Positions 1 to 15,000 of a stretch of 64,000 nucleotides of DNA are shown here, piece by piece. Source of the stretch: Balanoglossus misakiensis. Lineage: Eukaryota > Animalia > Hemichordata. The notes under the pieces are model-generated. The model saw nothing but the letters and a program-made list of their open reading frames with translations, was not told the DNA's origin and made no database searches. Each line of letters opens with the position of its first letter. Position 1 is the first letter of the stretch. The DNA is taken from assembly GCA_040954595.2 (NCBI GenBank), contig CM082591.2, positions 10,619,309 through 10,683,308 on the forward strand, in the 5' to 3' direction. The translations under genes and the position numbers were made by a program.

Positions 1-3000
1 ATCATGTGTTCTGCGCATCACAACAGAATTTTGTAAACAAACGAGGCTGTATTTGGAAGCAACCATGGAAACTTTAGAACTATCCGTCGATCTACAGAGT
101 CTAGTGGAAAACTTTCTTATCCTCATAGGCCTATCATGTGTTCTGCGCATCACAACAGAATTTTGTAAACAAACGAGGCTGTGTTTGGAAGCAGCCATGG
201 AAACTTTAGAACTATCCGTCGATCTACAGAGTCTAGTGGAAAACTTTCTTATGCGCATAGACCTATCATGTGTTCTGCGCATCACAACAGAATTTTGTAA
301 ACAAACGAGGCTGTGTTTGGAAGCAACCATGGAAACTTTAGAACTATCCGTCGATCTACAGAGTCTAGTGGAAAACTTTCTTATCCTCATAGGCCTATCA
401 TGTGTTCTGCGCATCACAACAGAATTTTGTAAACAAACGAGGCTGTGTTTGGAAGCAGCTATGGAAACTTTAGAACTATCCGTCGATCTACAGAGTCTAG
501 TGGAAAACTTTCTTATGCGCATAGACCTATCATGTGTTCTGCGCATCACAACAGAATTTTGTAAACAAACGAGGCTGTGTTTGGAAGCAACCATGGAAAC
601 TTTAGAACTATCCGTCGATCTACAGAGTCTAGTGGAAAACTTTCTTATGCGCATAGACCTATCATGTGTTCTGCGCATCACAACAGAATTTTGTAAACAA
701 ACGAGGCTGTGTTTGGAAGCAACCATGGAAACTTAAGAACTATCCGTCGATCTACAGTCTAGTGGAAAACTTTCTTATCCTCATAGGCCTATCATGTGTT
801 CTGCGCATCACAACAGAATTTTGTAAACAAACTAGGCTGTGTTTGGAAGCAACCATGGAAACTTTAGAACTATCCGTCGATCTACAGAGTCTAGTGGAAA
901 ACTTTCTTATCCTCATAGACCTATCATGTGTTCTGCGCATCACAACAGAATTTTGTAAACAAACGAGGCTGTGTTTGGAAGCAACCATGGAAACTTAAGA
1001 ACTATCCGTCGATCTACAGAGTCTAGTGGAAAACTTTCTTATCCTCATAGACCTATCATGTGTTCTGCGCATCACAACAGAATTTTGTAAACAAACGAGG
1101 CTGTGTTTGGAAGCAACCATGGAAACTTTAGAACTATCCGTCGATCTACAGAGTCTAGTGGAAAACTTTCTTATGCGCATAGACCTATCATGTGTTCTGC
1201 GCATCACAACAGAATTTTGTAAACAAACGAGGCTGTGTTTGGAAGCAACCATGGAAACGTTAGAACTATCCGTCGATCTACAGAGTCTAGTGGAAAACTT
1301 TCTTATGCGCATAGACCTATCATGTGTTCTGCGCATCACAACAGATTTTTGTAAACAAACGAGGCTGTGTTTGGAAGCAACCATGGAAACTTTAGAACTA
1401 TCCGTCGTTCTACAGAGTCTAGAGGAAAACTTTCTTATCCTCATAGGCCTATCATGTGTTCTGCGCATCACAACAGAATTTTGCAAACAAACGAGGCTGT
1501 GTTTGGAAGCAACCATGGAAACTTTAGAACTATCCGTCGATCTACATAGTCCAGTGGAAAACTTTCTTATCCTCATAGGCCTATCATGTGTTCTGCGCAT
1601 CACAACAGAATTTTGTAAACAAACGAGGCTATGTTTGGAAGCAACCATGGAAACTTTAGAACTATCCGTCGATCTACAGAGTCTAGTGGAAAACTTTCTT
1701 ATCCTCATAGGCCCATAATGTGTTCTGCGCATCACAACAGAATTTTGTAAACAAACGAGGCTGTGTTTGGAAGCAACCATGGAAACTTTAGAACTATCCG
1801 TCGATCTACAGAGTCTAGTGGAAAACTTTCTTATCCTCATAGGCCTATCATGTGTTCTGCGCATCACAACAGAATTTTGTAAACAAACGAGGCTGTGTTT
1901 GGAAGCAACCATGGAAACTTTAGAACTATCCGTCGATCTACAGAGTCTAGTGGAAAACTTTTTTATCCTCATAGGCCTATCATGTGTTCTGCGCATCACA
2001 ACAGAATTTTGTAAACAAACGAGGCTGTGTTTGGAAGCAACCATGGAAACTTTAGAACTATCCGTCGATCTACAGAGTCTAGTGGAAAACTTTCTTATGC
2101 GCATAGACCTATCATGTGTTCTGCGCATCACAACAGAATTTTGTAAACAAACGAGGCTGTGTTTGGAAGCAACCATGGAAACTTAAGAACTATCCGTCGA
2201 TCTACAGAGTCTAGTGGAAAACTTTCTTATCCTCATAGGCCTATCATGTGTTCTGCGCATCACAACAGAATTTTGTAAACAAACGAGGCTGTGTTTGGAA
2301 GCAGCCATGGAAACTTTAGAACTATCCGTCGATCTACAGAGTCTAGTGGAAAACTTTCTTATGCGCATAGACCTATCATTTGTTCTGCGCATCACAACAG
2401 AATTTTGTAAACAAACGACGCTGTGTTTGGAAGCAACCATGGAAACTTAAGAACTATCCGTCGATCTACAGAGTCTAGTGGAAAACTTTCTTATCCTCAT
2501 AGACCTATCATGTGTTCTGCGCATCACAACAGAATTTTGTAAACAAACGAGGCTGTGTTTGGAAGCAACCATGGAAACTTTAGAACTATCCGTCGATCTA
2601 CAGAGTCTAGTGGAAAACTTTCTTATGCGCATAGACCTATCATGTGTTCTGCGCATCACAACAGAATTTTGTAAACAAACGAGGCTGTGTTTGGAAGCAA
2701 CCATGGAAACTTTAGAACTATCCGTCGATCTACAGAGTCTAGTGGAAAACTTTCTGATCCTCATAGACCTATCATGTGTTCTGCGCATCACAACAGAATT
2801 TTGTAAACCAACGAGGCTGTGTTTGGAAGCAACCATGGAAACTTTAGAACTATCCGTCGATCTACAGAGTCTAGTGGAAAACTTTCTATGCGCATAGACC
2901 TATCATGTGTTCTGCGCATCACAACAGAATTTTGTAAACAAACGAGGCTGTGTTTGGAAGCAACCATGGAAACTTAAGAACTATCCGTCGATCTACAGAG

Positions 3001-6000
3001 TCTAGTGGAAAAATTTCTTATCCTCATAGACCTATCATGTGTTATGCGCATCACAACAGAATTTTGTAAACAAACGAGGCTGTGTTTGGAAGCAACCATG
3101 GAAACATTAGAACTATCCGTCGATCTACAAAGTCTAGTGGAAAACTTTCTTATGCGCATAGACCTATCATGTGTTCTGCGCATCACAACAGAATTTTGTA
3201 AACAAACGAGGCTGTGTTTGGAAGCAACCATGGAAACTTTAGAACTATCCGTCGATCTACAGAGTCTAGTGGAAAACTTTCTTATGCGCATAGACCTATC
3301 AGGTGTTCTGCGCATCACAACAGAATTTTGTAAACAAACGAGGCTGTGTTTGGAAGCAACCATGGAAACTTAAGAACTATCCGTCGATCTACAGAGTCTA
3401 GTGGAAAAATTTCTTATCCTCATAGACCTATCATGTGTTCTGCGCATCACAACAGAATTTTGTAAACAAACGAGGCTGTGTTTGGAAGCAACCATGGAAA
3501 CTTTAGAACTATCCGTCGATCTACAGAGTCTAGTGGAAAACTTTCTTATGCGCATAGACCTATCATGTGTTCTGCGCATCACAACAGAATTTTGTAAACA
3601 AACGAGGCTGTGTTTGGAAGCAACCATGGAAACTTAAGAACTATCCGTCGATCTACAGAGTCTAGTGGAAAACTTTCTTATGCGCATAGACCTATCATGT
3701 GTTCTGCGCATCACAACAGAATTTTGTAAACAAACGAGGCTGTGTTTGGAAGCAACCATGGAAACTTAAGAACTATCCGTCGATCTACAGAGTCTAGTGG
3801 AAAAATTTCTTATCCTCATAGACCTATCATGTGTTCTGCGCATCACAACAGAATTTTGTAAACAAACGAGGCTGTGTTTGGAAGCAACCATGGAAACTTA
3901 AGAACTATCCGTCGATCTACAGAGTCTAGTGGAAAACTTTCTTATCCTCATAGGCCTATCATGTGTTCTGCGCATCACAACAGAATTTTGTAAACAAACG
4001 AGGCTGTGTTTGGAAGCAGCCATGGAAACTTTAGAACTATCCGTCGATCTACAGAGTCTAGTGGAAAACTTTCTTATGCGCATAGACCTATCATGTGTTC
4101 TGCGCATCACAACAGAATTGTGTAAACAAACGAGGCTGTGTTTGGAAGCAACCATGGAAACTTAAGAACTATCCGTCGATCTACAGAGTCTAGTGGAAAA
4201 ATTTCTTATCCTCATAGACCTATCATGTGTTCTGCGCATCACAACAGAATTTTGTAAACAAACGAGGCTGTGTTTGGAAGCAACCATGGAAACTTAAGAA
4301 CTATCCGTCGATCTACAGAGTCTAGTGGAAAAATTTCTTATCCTCATAGACCTATCATGTGTTCTGCGCATCACAACAGAATTTTGTATACAAACGAGGC
4401 TGTGTTTGGAAGCAACCATGGAAACATTAGAACTATCCGTCGATCTACAAAGTCTAGTGGAAAACTTTCTTATGCGCATAGACCTATCATGTGTTCTGCG
4501 CATCACAACAGAATTTTGTAAACAAACGAGGCTGTGTTTGGAAGCAACCATGGAAACTTTAGAACTATCCGTCGATCTACAGAGTCTAGTGGAAAACTTT
4601 CTTATGCGCATAGACCTATCAGGTGTTCTGCGCATCACAACAGAATTTTGTAAACAAACGAGGCTGTGTTTGGAAGCAACCATGGAAACTTAAGAACTAT
4701 CCGTCGATCTACAGAGTCTAGTGGAAAAATTTCTTATCCTCATAGACCTATCATGTGTTCTGCGCATCACAACAGAATTTTGTAAACAAACGAGGCTGTG
4801 TTTGGAAGCAACCATGGAAACTTTAGAACTATCCGTCGATCTACAGAGTCTAGTGGAAAACTTTCTTATGCGCATAGACCTATCATGTGTTCTGCGCATC
4901 ACAACAGAATTTTGTAAACAAACGAGGCTGTGTTTGGAAGCAACCATGGAAACTTTAGAACTATCCGTCGATCTACAGAGTCTAGTGGAAAACTTTCTTA
5001 TGCGCATAGACCTATCATGTGTTCTGCGCATCACAACAGAATTTTGTAAACAAACGAGGCTGTGTTTGGAAGCAACCATGGAAACTTTAGAACTATCCGT
5101 CGATCTACAGAGTCTAGTGGAAAACTTTCTGATCCTCATAGACCTATCATGTGTTCTGCGCATCACAACAGAATTTTGTAAACCAACGAGGCTGTGTTTG
5201 GAAGCAACCATGGAAACTTTAGAACTATCCGTCGATCTACAGAGTCTAGTGGAAAAATTTCTTATCCTCATAGACCTATCATGTGTTATGCGCATCACAA
5301 CAGAATTTTGTAAACAAACGAGGCTGTGTTTGGAAGCAACCATGGAAACTTTACAACTATCCGTCGATGTACAGAGTCTAGTGGAAAACTTTCTTATCCT
5401 CATAGGGCTATCATGTGTTCTGCGCATCACAACAGAATTTTGTAAACAAACGAGGCTGTGTTTGGAAGCAACAATGGAAACTTTAGAACTATCCGTCGAT
5501 CTACAGAGTCTAGTGGAAAACTTTCTTATGCGCATAGACCTATCAGGTGTTCTGCGCATCACAACAGAATTTTGTAAACAAACGAGGCTGTGTTTGGAAG
5601 CAACCATGGAAACTTTAGAACTATCCGTCGATCTACAGAGTCTAGTGGAAAACTTTCTTATGCGCATAGACCTATCAGGTGTTCTGCGCATCACAACAGA
5701 ATTTTGTAAACAAACGAGGCTGTGTTTGGAAGCAACCATGGAAACTTAAGAACTATCCGTCGATCTACAGAGTCTAGTGGAAAAATTTCTTATCCTCATA
5801 GACCTATCATGTGTTCTGCGCATCACAACAGAATTTTGTAAACAAACGAGGCTGTGTTTGGAAGCAACCATGGAAACTTAAGAACTATCCGTCGATCTAC
5901 AGAGTCTAGTGGAAAAATTTCTTATCCTCATAGACCTATCATGTGTTCTGCGCATCACAACAGAATTTTGTAAACAAACGAGGCTGTGGTTGGAAGCAAC

Positions 6001-9000
6001 CATGGAAACTTTACAACTATCCGTCGATCTACAGAGTCTAGTGGAAAACTTTCTGATGCGCATAGACCTATCATGTGTTCTGCGCATCACAACAGAATTT
6101 TGTAAACAAACGAGGCTGTGTTTGGAAGCAACCATGGAAACTTTACAACTATCCGTCGATCTACAGAGTCTAGTGGAAAACTTTCTTATCCTCATAGGGC
6201 TATCATGTGTTCTGCGCATCACAACAGAATTTTGTAAACAAACGAGGCTGTGTTTGGAAGCAACAATGGAAACTTTAGAACTATCCGTCGATCTACAGAG
6301 TCTAGTGGAAAACTTTCTTATGCGCATAGACCTATCAGGTGTTCTGCGCATCACAACAGAATTTTGTAAACAAACGAGGCTGTGTTTGGAAGCAACCATG
6401 GAAACTTTAGAACTATCCGTCGATCTACAGAGTCTAGTGGAAAACTTTCTTATGCGCATAGACCTATCAGGTGTTCTGCGCATCACAACAGAATTTTGTA
6501 AACAAACGAGGCTGTGTTTGGAAGCAACCATGGAAACTTAAGAACTATCCGTCGATCTACAGAGTCTAGTGGAAAAATTTCTTATCCTCATAGACCTATC
6601 ATGTGTTCTGCGCATCACAACAGAATTTTGTAAACAAACGAGGCTGTGTTTGGAAGCAACCATGGAAACTTAAGAACTATCCGTCGATCTACAGAGTCTA
6701 GTGGAAAAATTTCTTATCCTCATAGACCTATCATGTGTTCTGCGCATCACAACAGAATTTTGTAAACAAACGAGGCTGTGGTTGGAAGCAACCATGGAAA
6801 CTTTACAACTATCCGTCGATCTACAGAGTCTAGTGGAAAACTTTCTGATGCGCATAGACCTATCATGTGTTCTGCGCATCACAACAGAATTTTGTAAACA
6901 AACGAGGCTGTGTTTGGAAGCAACCATGGAAACTTTACAACTATCCGTCGATCTACAGAGTCTAGTGGAAAACTTTCTTATCCTCATAGGGCTATCATGT
7001 GTTCTGCGCATCACAACAGAATTTTGTAAACAAACGAGGCTGTGTTTGGAAGCAACAATGGAAACTTTAGAACTATCCGTCGATCTACAGAGTCTAGTGG
7101 AAAGCTTTCTTATGCGCATAGACCTATCATGTGTTCTGCGCATCACAACAGAATTTTGTAAACAAACGAGGCTGTGTTTGGAAGCAACCATGGAAACTTT
7201 AGAACTATCCGTCGATCTACAGAGTCTAGTGGAAAACATTCTTATGCGCATAGACCTATCAGGTGTTCTGCGCATCACAACAGAATTTTGTAAACAAACG
7301 AGGCTGTGTTTGGAAGCAACCATGGAAACTTAAGAACTATCCGTCGATCTACAGAGTCTAGTGGAAAAATTTCTTATCCTCATAGACCTATCATGTGTTC
7401 TGCGCATCACAACAGAATTTTGTAAACAAACGAGGCTGTGTTTGGAAGCAACCATGGAAACTTTAGAACTATCCGTCGATCTACAGAGTCTAGTGGAAAA
7501 CATTCTTATGCGCATAGACCTATCAGGTGTTCTGCGCATCACAACAGAATTTTGTAAACAAACGAGGCTGTGTTTGGAAGCAACCATGGAAACTTAAGAA
7601 CTATCCGTCGATCTACAGAGTCTAGTGGAAAAATTTCTTATCCTCATAGACCTATCATGTGTTCTGCGCATCACAACAGAATTTTGTAAACAAACGAGGC
7701 TGTGTTTGGAAGCAACCATGGAAACTTTAGAACTATCCGTCGATCTACAGAGTCTAGTGGAAAACTTTCTTATGCGCATAGACCTATCATGTGTTCTGCG
7801 CATCACAACAGAATTTTGTAAACAAACGAGGCTGTGTTTGGAAGCAACCATGGAAACTTAAGAACTATCCGTCGATCTACAGAGTCTAGTGGAAAACTTT
7901 CTTATGCGCATAGACCTATCATGTGTTCTGCGCATCACAACAGAATTTTGTAAACAAACGAGGCTGTGTTTGGAAGCAACCATGGAAACTTAAGAACTAT
8001 CCGTCGATCTACAGAGTCTAGTGGAAAAATTTCTTATCCTCATAGACCTATCATGTGTTCTGCGCATCACAACAGAATTTTGTAAACAAACGAGGCTGTG
8101 TTTGGAAGCAACCATGGAAACTTAAGAACTATCCGTCGATCTACAGAGTCTAGTGGAAAACTTTCTTATCCTCATAGGCCTATCATGTGTTCTGCGCATC
8201 ACAACAGAATTTTGTAAACAAACGAGGCTGTGTTTGGAAGCAGCCATGGAAACTTTAGAACTATCCGTCGATCTACAGAGTCTAGTGGAAAACTTTCTTA
8301 TGCGCATAGACCTATCATGTGTTCTGCGCATCACAACAGAATTTTGTAAACAAACGAGGCTGTGTTTGGAAGCAACCATGGAAACTTAAGAACTATCCGT
8401 CGATCTACAGAGTCTAGTGGAAAAATTTCTTATCCTCATAGACCTATCATGTGTTCTGCGCATCACAACAGTATTTTGTAAACAAACGAGGCTGTGTTTG
8501 GAAGCAACCATGGAAACTTAAGAACTATCCGTCGATCTACAGAGTCTAGTGGAAAACTTTCTTATCCTCATAGGCCTATCATGTGTTCTGCGCATCACAA
8601 CAGAATTTTGTAAACAAACGAGGCTGTGTTTGGAAGCAACCATGGAAACTTTAGAACTATCCGTCGATCTACAGAGTCTAGTGGAAAACTTTCTGATCCT
8701 CATAGACCTATCAAGTGTTCTGCGCATCACAACAGAATTTTGTAAACCAACGAGGCTGTGTTTGGAAGCAACCATGGAAACTTTAGAACTATCCGTCGAT
8801 CTACAGAGTCTAGTGGAAAACTTTCTTATGCGCATAGACCTATCATGTGTTCTGCGCATCACAACAGAATTTTGTAAACAAACGAGGCTGTGTTTGGAAG
8901 CAACCATGGAAACTTAAGAACTATCCGTCGATCTACAGAGTCTAGTGGAAAACTTTCTTATCCTCATAGGCCTATCATGTGTTCTGCGCATCACAACATA

Positions 9001-12000
9001 ATTTTGTAAATAAACGAGGCTGTGTTTGGAAGCAACCATGGAAACTTAAGAACTATCCGTCGATCTACAGAGTCTAATGGAAAACTTTCTTATGCGCATA
9101 GACCTATCATGTGTTCTGCGCATCACAACAGAATTTTGTAAACAAACGAGGCTGTGTTTGGAAGCAACCATGGAAACTTAAGAACTATCCGTCGATCTAC
9201 AGAGTCTAGTGGAAAAATTTCTTATCCTCATAGACCTATCATGTGTTCTGCGCATCACAACAGAATTTTGTAAACAAACGAGGCTGTGTTTGGAAGCAAC
9301 CATGGAAACTTTAGAACTATCCGTCGATCTACAGAGTCTAGTGGAAAACTTTCTTATGCGCATAGACCTATCATGTGTTCTGCGCATCACAACAGAATTT
9401 TGTAAACAAACGAGGCTGTGTTTGGAAGCAACCATGGAAACTTTAGAACTATCCGTCGATCTACAGAGTCTAGTGGAAAACTTTCTTATGCGCATAGACC
9501 TATCATGTGTTCTGCGCATCACAACAGAATTTTGTAAACAAACGAGGCTGTGTTTGGAAGCAACCATGGAAACTTTAGAACTATCCGTCGATCTACAGAG
9601 TCTTGTGGAAAACTTTCTTATCCTCATAGACCTATCATGTGTTCTGCGCATCACAACAGAATTTTGTAAACAAACGAGGCTGTGTTTGGAAGCAACAATG
9701 GAAACTTTAGAACTATCCGTCGATCTACAGAGTCTAGAGGAAAACTTTCTTATCCTCATAGACCTATCATGTGTTCTGCGCATCACAACAGAATTTTGTA
9801 AACAAACGAGGCTGTGTTTGGAAGCAACAATGAAAACTTTAGAACTATCCGTCGATCTACAGAGTCTAGTGGAAAACTTTCTTATCCTCATTGACCTATC
9901 ATGTGTTCTGCGCATCACAACAGAATTTGGTAAACAAACGAGGCTGTGTTTGGAATCAATCATGGAAACTTTAGAACTATCCGTCGATCTACAGAGTCTA
10001 GTGGAAAACTTTCTTATCCTCATAGACCTATCATGTGTTCTGCGCATCACAACAGAATTTTGTAAACAAACGAGGCTGTGTTTGGAAGCAACCATGGAAA
10101 CTTTAGAACTATCCGTCGATCTACAGAGTCTAGTGGAAAACTTTCTTATGCGCATAGACCTATCATGTGTTCTGCGCATCACAACAGAATTTTGTAAACA
10201 AACGAGGCTGTGTTTGGAAGCAACCATGGAAACTTTAGAACTATCCGTCGATCTACAGAGTCTAGTGGAAAACTTTCTTATGCGCATAGACCTATCATGT
10301 GTTCTGCGCATCACAACAGAATTTTGTAAACAAACGAGGCTGTGTTTGGAAGCAACCATGGAAACTTAAGAACTCTCCGTCGATCTACAGAGTCTAGTGG
10401 AAAATTTTCTTATGCGCATAGACCTATCATGTGTTCTGCGCATCACAACAGAATTTTGTAAACAAACGAGGCTGTGTTTGGAAGCAACCATGGAAACTTA
10501 AGAACTATCCGTCGATCTACAGAGTCTAGTGTAAAAATTTCTTATCCTCATAGACCTATCATGTGTTATGCGCATCACAACAGAATTTTGTAAACAAACG
10601 AGGCTGTGTTTGGAAGCAACCATGGAAACATTAGAACTATCCGTCGATCTACAAAGTCTAGTGGAAAACTTTCTTATGCGCATAGACCTATCATGTGTTC
10701 TGCGCATCACAACAGAATTTTGTAAACAAACGAGGCTGTGTTTGGAAGCAACCATGGAAACTTTAGAACTATCCGTCGATCTACAGAGTCTAGTGGAAAA
10801 CTTTCTTATGCGCATAGACCTATCATGTGTTCTGCGCATCACAACAGAATTTTGTAAACAAACGAGGCTGTGTTTGGAAGCAACCATGGAAACTTTAGAA
10901 CTATCCGTCGATCTACAGAGTCTTGTGGAAAACTTTCTTATCCTCATAGACCTATCATGTGTTCTGCGCATCACAACAGAATTTTGTAAACAAACGAGGC
11001 TGTGTTTGGAAGCAACAATGGAAACTTTAGAACTATCCGTCGATCTACAGAGTCTAGAGGAAAACTTTCTTATCCTCATAGACCTATCATGTGTTCTGCG
11101 CATCACAACAGAATTTTGTAAACAAACGAGGCTGTGTTTGGAAGCAACCATGGAAACTTTAGAACTATCCGTCGATCTACAGAGTCTAGTGGAAAACTTT
11201 TTTATCCTCATAGGCCTATCATGTGTTCTGCGCATCACAACAGAATTTTGTAAACAAACGAGGCTGTGTTTGGAAGCAACCATGGAAACTTTAGAACTAT
11301 CCGTCGATCTACAGAGTCTAGTGGAAAACTTTCTTATGCGCATAGACCTATCATGTGTTCTGCGCATCACAACAGAATTTTGTAAACAAACGAGGCTGTG
11401 TTTGGAAGCAACCATGGAAACTTTAGAACTATCCGTCGATCTACAGAGTCTAGTGGAAAACTTTCTTATGCGCATAGACCTATCATGAGTTCTGCGCATC
11501 ACAACAGAATTTTGTAAACAAACGAGGCTGTGTTTGGAAGCAACCATGGAAACTTTAGAACTATCCGTCGATCTACAGAGTCTAGTGGAAAACTTTCTTA
11601 TGCGCATAGACCTATCATGAGTTCTGCGCATCACAACAGAATTTTGTAAACAAACGAGGCTGTGTTTGGAAGCAACCATGGAAACTTTAGAACTATCCGT
11701 CGATCTACAGAGTCTAGTGGAAAACTTTCTTATGCGCATAGACCTATCATGTGTTCTGCGCATCACAACAGAATTTTGTAAACAAACGAGGCTGTGTTTG
11801 GAAGCAACCATGGAAACTTTAGAACTATCCGTCGTTCTGCAGAGTCTACAGGAAAACTTTCTTATCCTCATAGGCCTATCATGTGTTCTGCGCATCACAA
11901 CAGAATTTTGTAAACAAACGAGGCTGTGTTTGGATGCAACCATGGAAACTTTAGAACTATCCGTCGTTCTGCAGAGTCTACAGGAAAACTTTCTTATCCT

Positions 12001-15000
12001 CATAGGCCTATCAGGTGTTCTGCGCATCACAACAGAATTTTGTAAACAAACGAGGCTGTGTTTGGAAGCAACCATGGAAACTTTAGAACTATCCGTCGAT
12101 CTACAGAGTCTAGAGGAAAACTTTCTTATGCGCATAGACCTATCATGAGTTCTGCGCATCACAACAGAATTTTGTAAACAAACGAGGCTGTGTTTGGAAG
12201 CAACCATGGAAACTTTAGAACTATCCGTCGATCTACAGAGTCTAGTGGAAAACTTTCTTATGCGCATAGACCTATCATGTGTTCTGCGCATCACAACAGA
12301 ATTTTGTAAACAAACGAGGCTGTGTTTGGAAGCAACCATGGAAACTTTAGAACTATCCGTCGATCTACAGAGTCTAGTGGAAAACTTTCTTATGCGCATA
12401 GACCTATCATGTGTTCTGCGCATCACAACAGAATTTTGTAAACAAACGAGGCTGTGTTTGGAAGCAACCATGGAAACTTAAGAACTATCCGTCGATCTAC
12501 AGAGTCTAGTGGAAAACTTTCTTATCCTCATAGGCCTATCATGTGTTCTGCGCATCACAACATAATTTTGTAAATAAACGAGGCTGTGTTTGGAAGCAAC
12601 CATGGAAACTTAAGAACTATCCGTCGATCTACAGAGTCTAATGGAAAACTTTCTTATGCGCATAGACCTATCATGTGTTCTGCGCATCACAACAGAATTT
12701 TGTAAACAAACGAGGCTGTGTTTGGAAGCAACCATGGAAACTTAAGAACTATCCGTCGATCTACAGAGTCTAGTGGAAAAATTTCTTATCCTCATAGACC
12801 TATCATGTGTTCTGCGCATCACAACAGAATTTTGTAAACAAACGAGGCTGTGTTTGGAAGCAACCATGGAAACTTTAGAACTATCCGTCGATCTACAGAG
12901 TCTAGTGGAAAACTTTCTTATGCGCATAGACCTATCATGTGTTCTGCGCATCACAACAGAATTTTGTAAACAAACGAGGCTGTGTTTGGAAGCAACCATG
13001 GAAACTTTAGAACTATCCGTCGATCTACAGAGTCTAGTGGAAAACTTTCTTATGCGCATAGACCTATCATGTGTTCTGCGCATCACAACAGAATTTTGTA
13101 AACAAACGAGGCTGTGTTTGGAAGCAACCATGGAAACTTTAGAACTATCCGTCGATCTACAGAGTCTTGTGGAAAACTTTCTTATCCTCATAGACCTATC
13201 ATGTGTTCTGCGCATCACAACAGAATTTTGTAAACAAACGAGGCTGTGTTTGGAAGCAACAATGGAAACTTTAGAACTATCCGTCGATCTACAGAGTCTA
13301 GAGGAAAACTTTCTTATCCTCATAGACCTATCATGTGTTCTGCGCATCACAACAGAATTTTGTAAACAAACGAGGCTGTGTTTGGAAGCAACAATGAAAA
13401 CTTTAGAACTATCCGTCGATCTACAGAGTCTAGTGGAAAACTTTCTTATCCTCATTGACCTATCATGTGTTCTGCGCATCACAACAGAATTTGGTAAACA
13501 AACGAGGCTGTGTTTGGAATCAATCATGGAAACTTTAGAACTATCCGTCGATCTACAGAGTCTAGTGGAAAACTTTCTTATCCTCATAGACCTATCATGT
13601 GTTCTGCGCATCACAACAGAATTTTGTAAACAAACGAGGCTGTGTTTGGAAGCAACCATGGAAACTTTAGAACTATCCGTCGATCTACAGAGTCTAGTGG
13701 AAAACTTTCTTATGCGCATAGACCTATCATGTGTTCTGCGCATCACAACAGAATTTTGTAAACAAACGAGGCTGTGTTTGGAAGCAACCATGGAAACTTT
13801 AGAACTATCCGTCGATCTACAGAGTCTAGTGGAAAACTTTCTTATGCGCATAGACCTATCATGTGTTCTGCGCATCACAACAGAATTTTGTAAACAAACG
13901 AGGCTGTGTTTGGAAGCAACCATGGAAACTTAAGAACTCTCCGTCGATCTACAGAGTCTAGTGGAACATTTTCTTATGCGCATAGACCTATCATGTGTTC
14001 TGCGCATCACAACAGAATTTTGTAAACAAACGAGGCTGTGTTTGGAAGCAACCATGGAAACTTAAGAACTATCCGTCGATCTACAGAGTCTAGTGTAAAA
14101 ATTTCTTATCCTCATAGACCTATCATGTGTTATGCGCATCACAACAGAATTTTGTAAACAAACGAGGCTGTGTTTGGAAGCAACCATGGAAACATTAGAA
14201 CTATCCGTCGATCTACAAAGTCTAGTGGAAAACTTTCTTATGCGCATAGACCTATCATGTGTTCTGCGCATCACAACAGAATTTTGTAAACAAACGAGGC
14301 TGTGTTTGGAAGCAACCATGGAAACTTTAGAACTATCCGTCGATCTACAGAGTCTAGTGGAAAACTTTCTTATGCGCATAGACCTATCATGTGTTCTGCG
14401 CATCACAACAGAATTTTGTAAACAAACGAGGCTGTGTTTGGAAGCAACCATGGAAACTTTAGAACTATCCGTCGATCTACAGAGTCTTGTGGAAAACTTT
14501 CTTATCCTCATAGACCTATCATGTGTTCTGCGCATCACAACAGAATTTTGTAAACAAACGAGGCTGTGTTTGGAAGCAACAATGGAAACTTTAGAACTAT
14601 CCGTCGATCTACAGAGTCTAGAGGAAAACTTTCTTATCCTCATAGACCTATCATGTGTTCTGCGCATCACAACAGAATTTTGTAAACAAACGAGGCTGTG
14701 TTTGGAAGCAACCATGGAAACTTTAGAACTATCCGTCGATCTACAGAGTCTAGTGGAAAACTTTTTTATCCTCATAGGCCTATCATGTGTTCTGCGCATC
14801 ACAACAGAATTTTGTAAACAAACGAGGCTGTGTTTGGAAGCAACCATGGAAACTTTAGAACTATCCGTCGATCTACAGAGTCTAGTGGAAAACTTTCTTA
14901 TGCGCATAGACCTATCATGTGTTCTGCGCATCACAACAGAATTTTGTAAACAAACGAGGCTGTGTTTGGAAGCAACCATGGAAACTTAAGAACTATCCGT

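Noticed and set aside
66-197. Monomer as a tRNA, 5S rRNA or snRNA tandem gene, or as a CENP-B-box repeat
   Set aside because: I could not see a cloverleaf, convincing Pol III A/B boxes, similarity to these RNAs, or a CENP-B box consensus. An Rfam search would be decisive.
751-2890. Small deletions at ~756 (2 bp) and ~2887 (1 bp) as programmed frameshifts
   Set aside because: They are isolated slips in AGAG and TT runs, consistent with ordinary mutation or consensus error.
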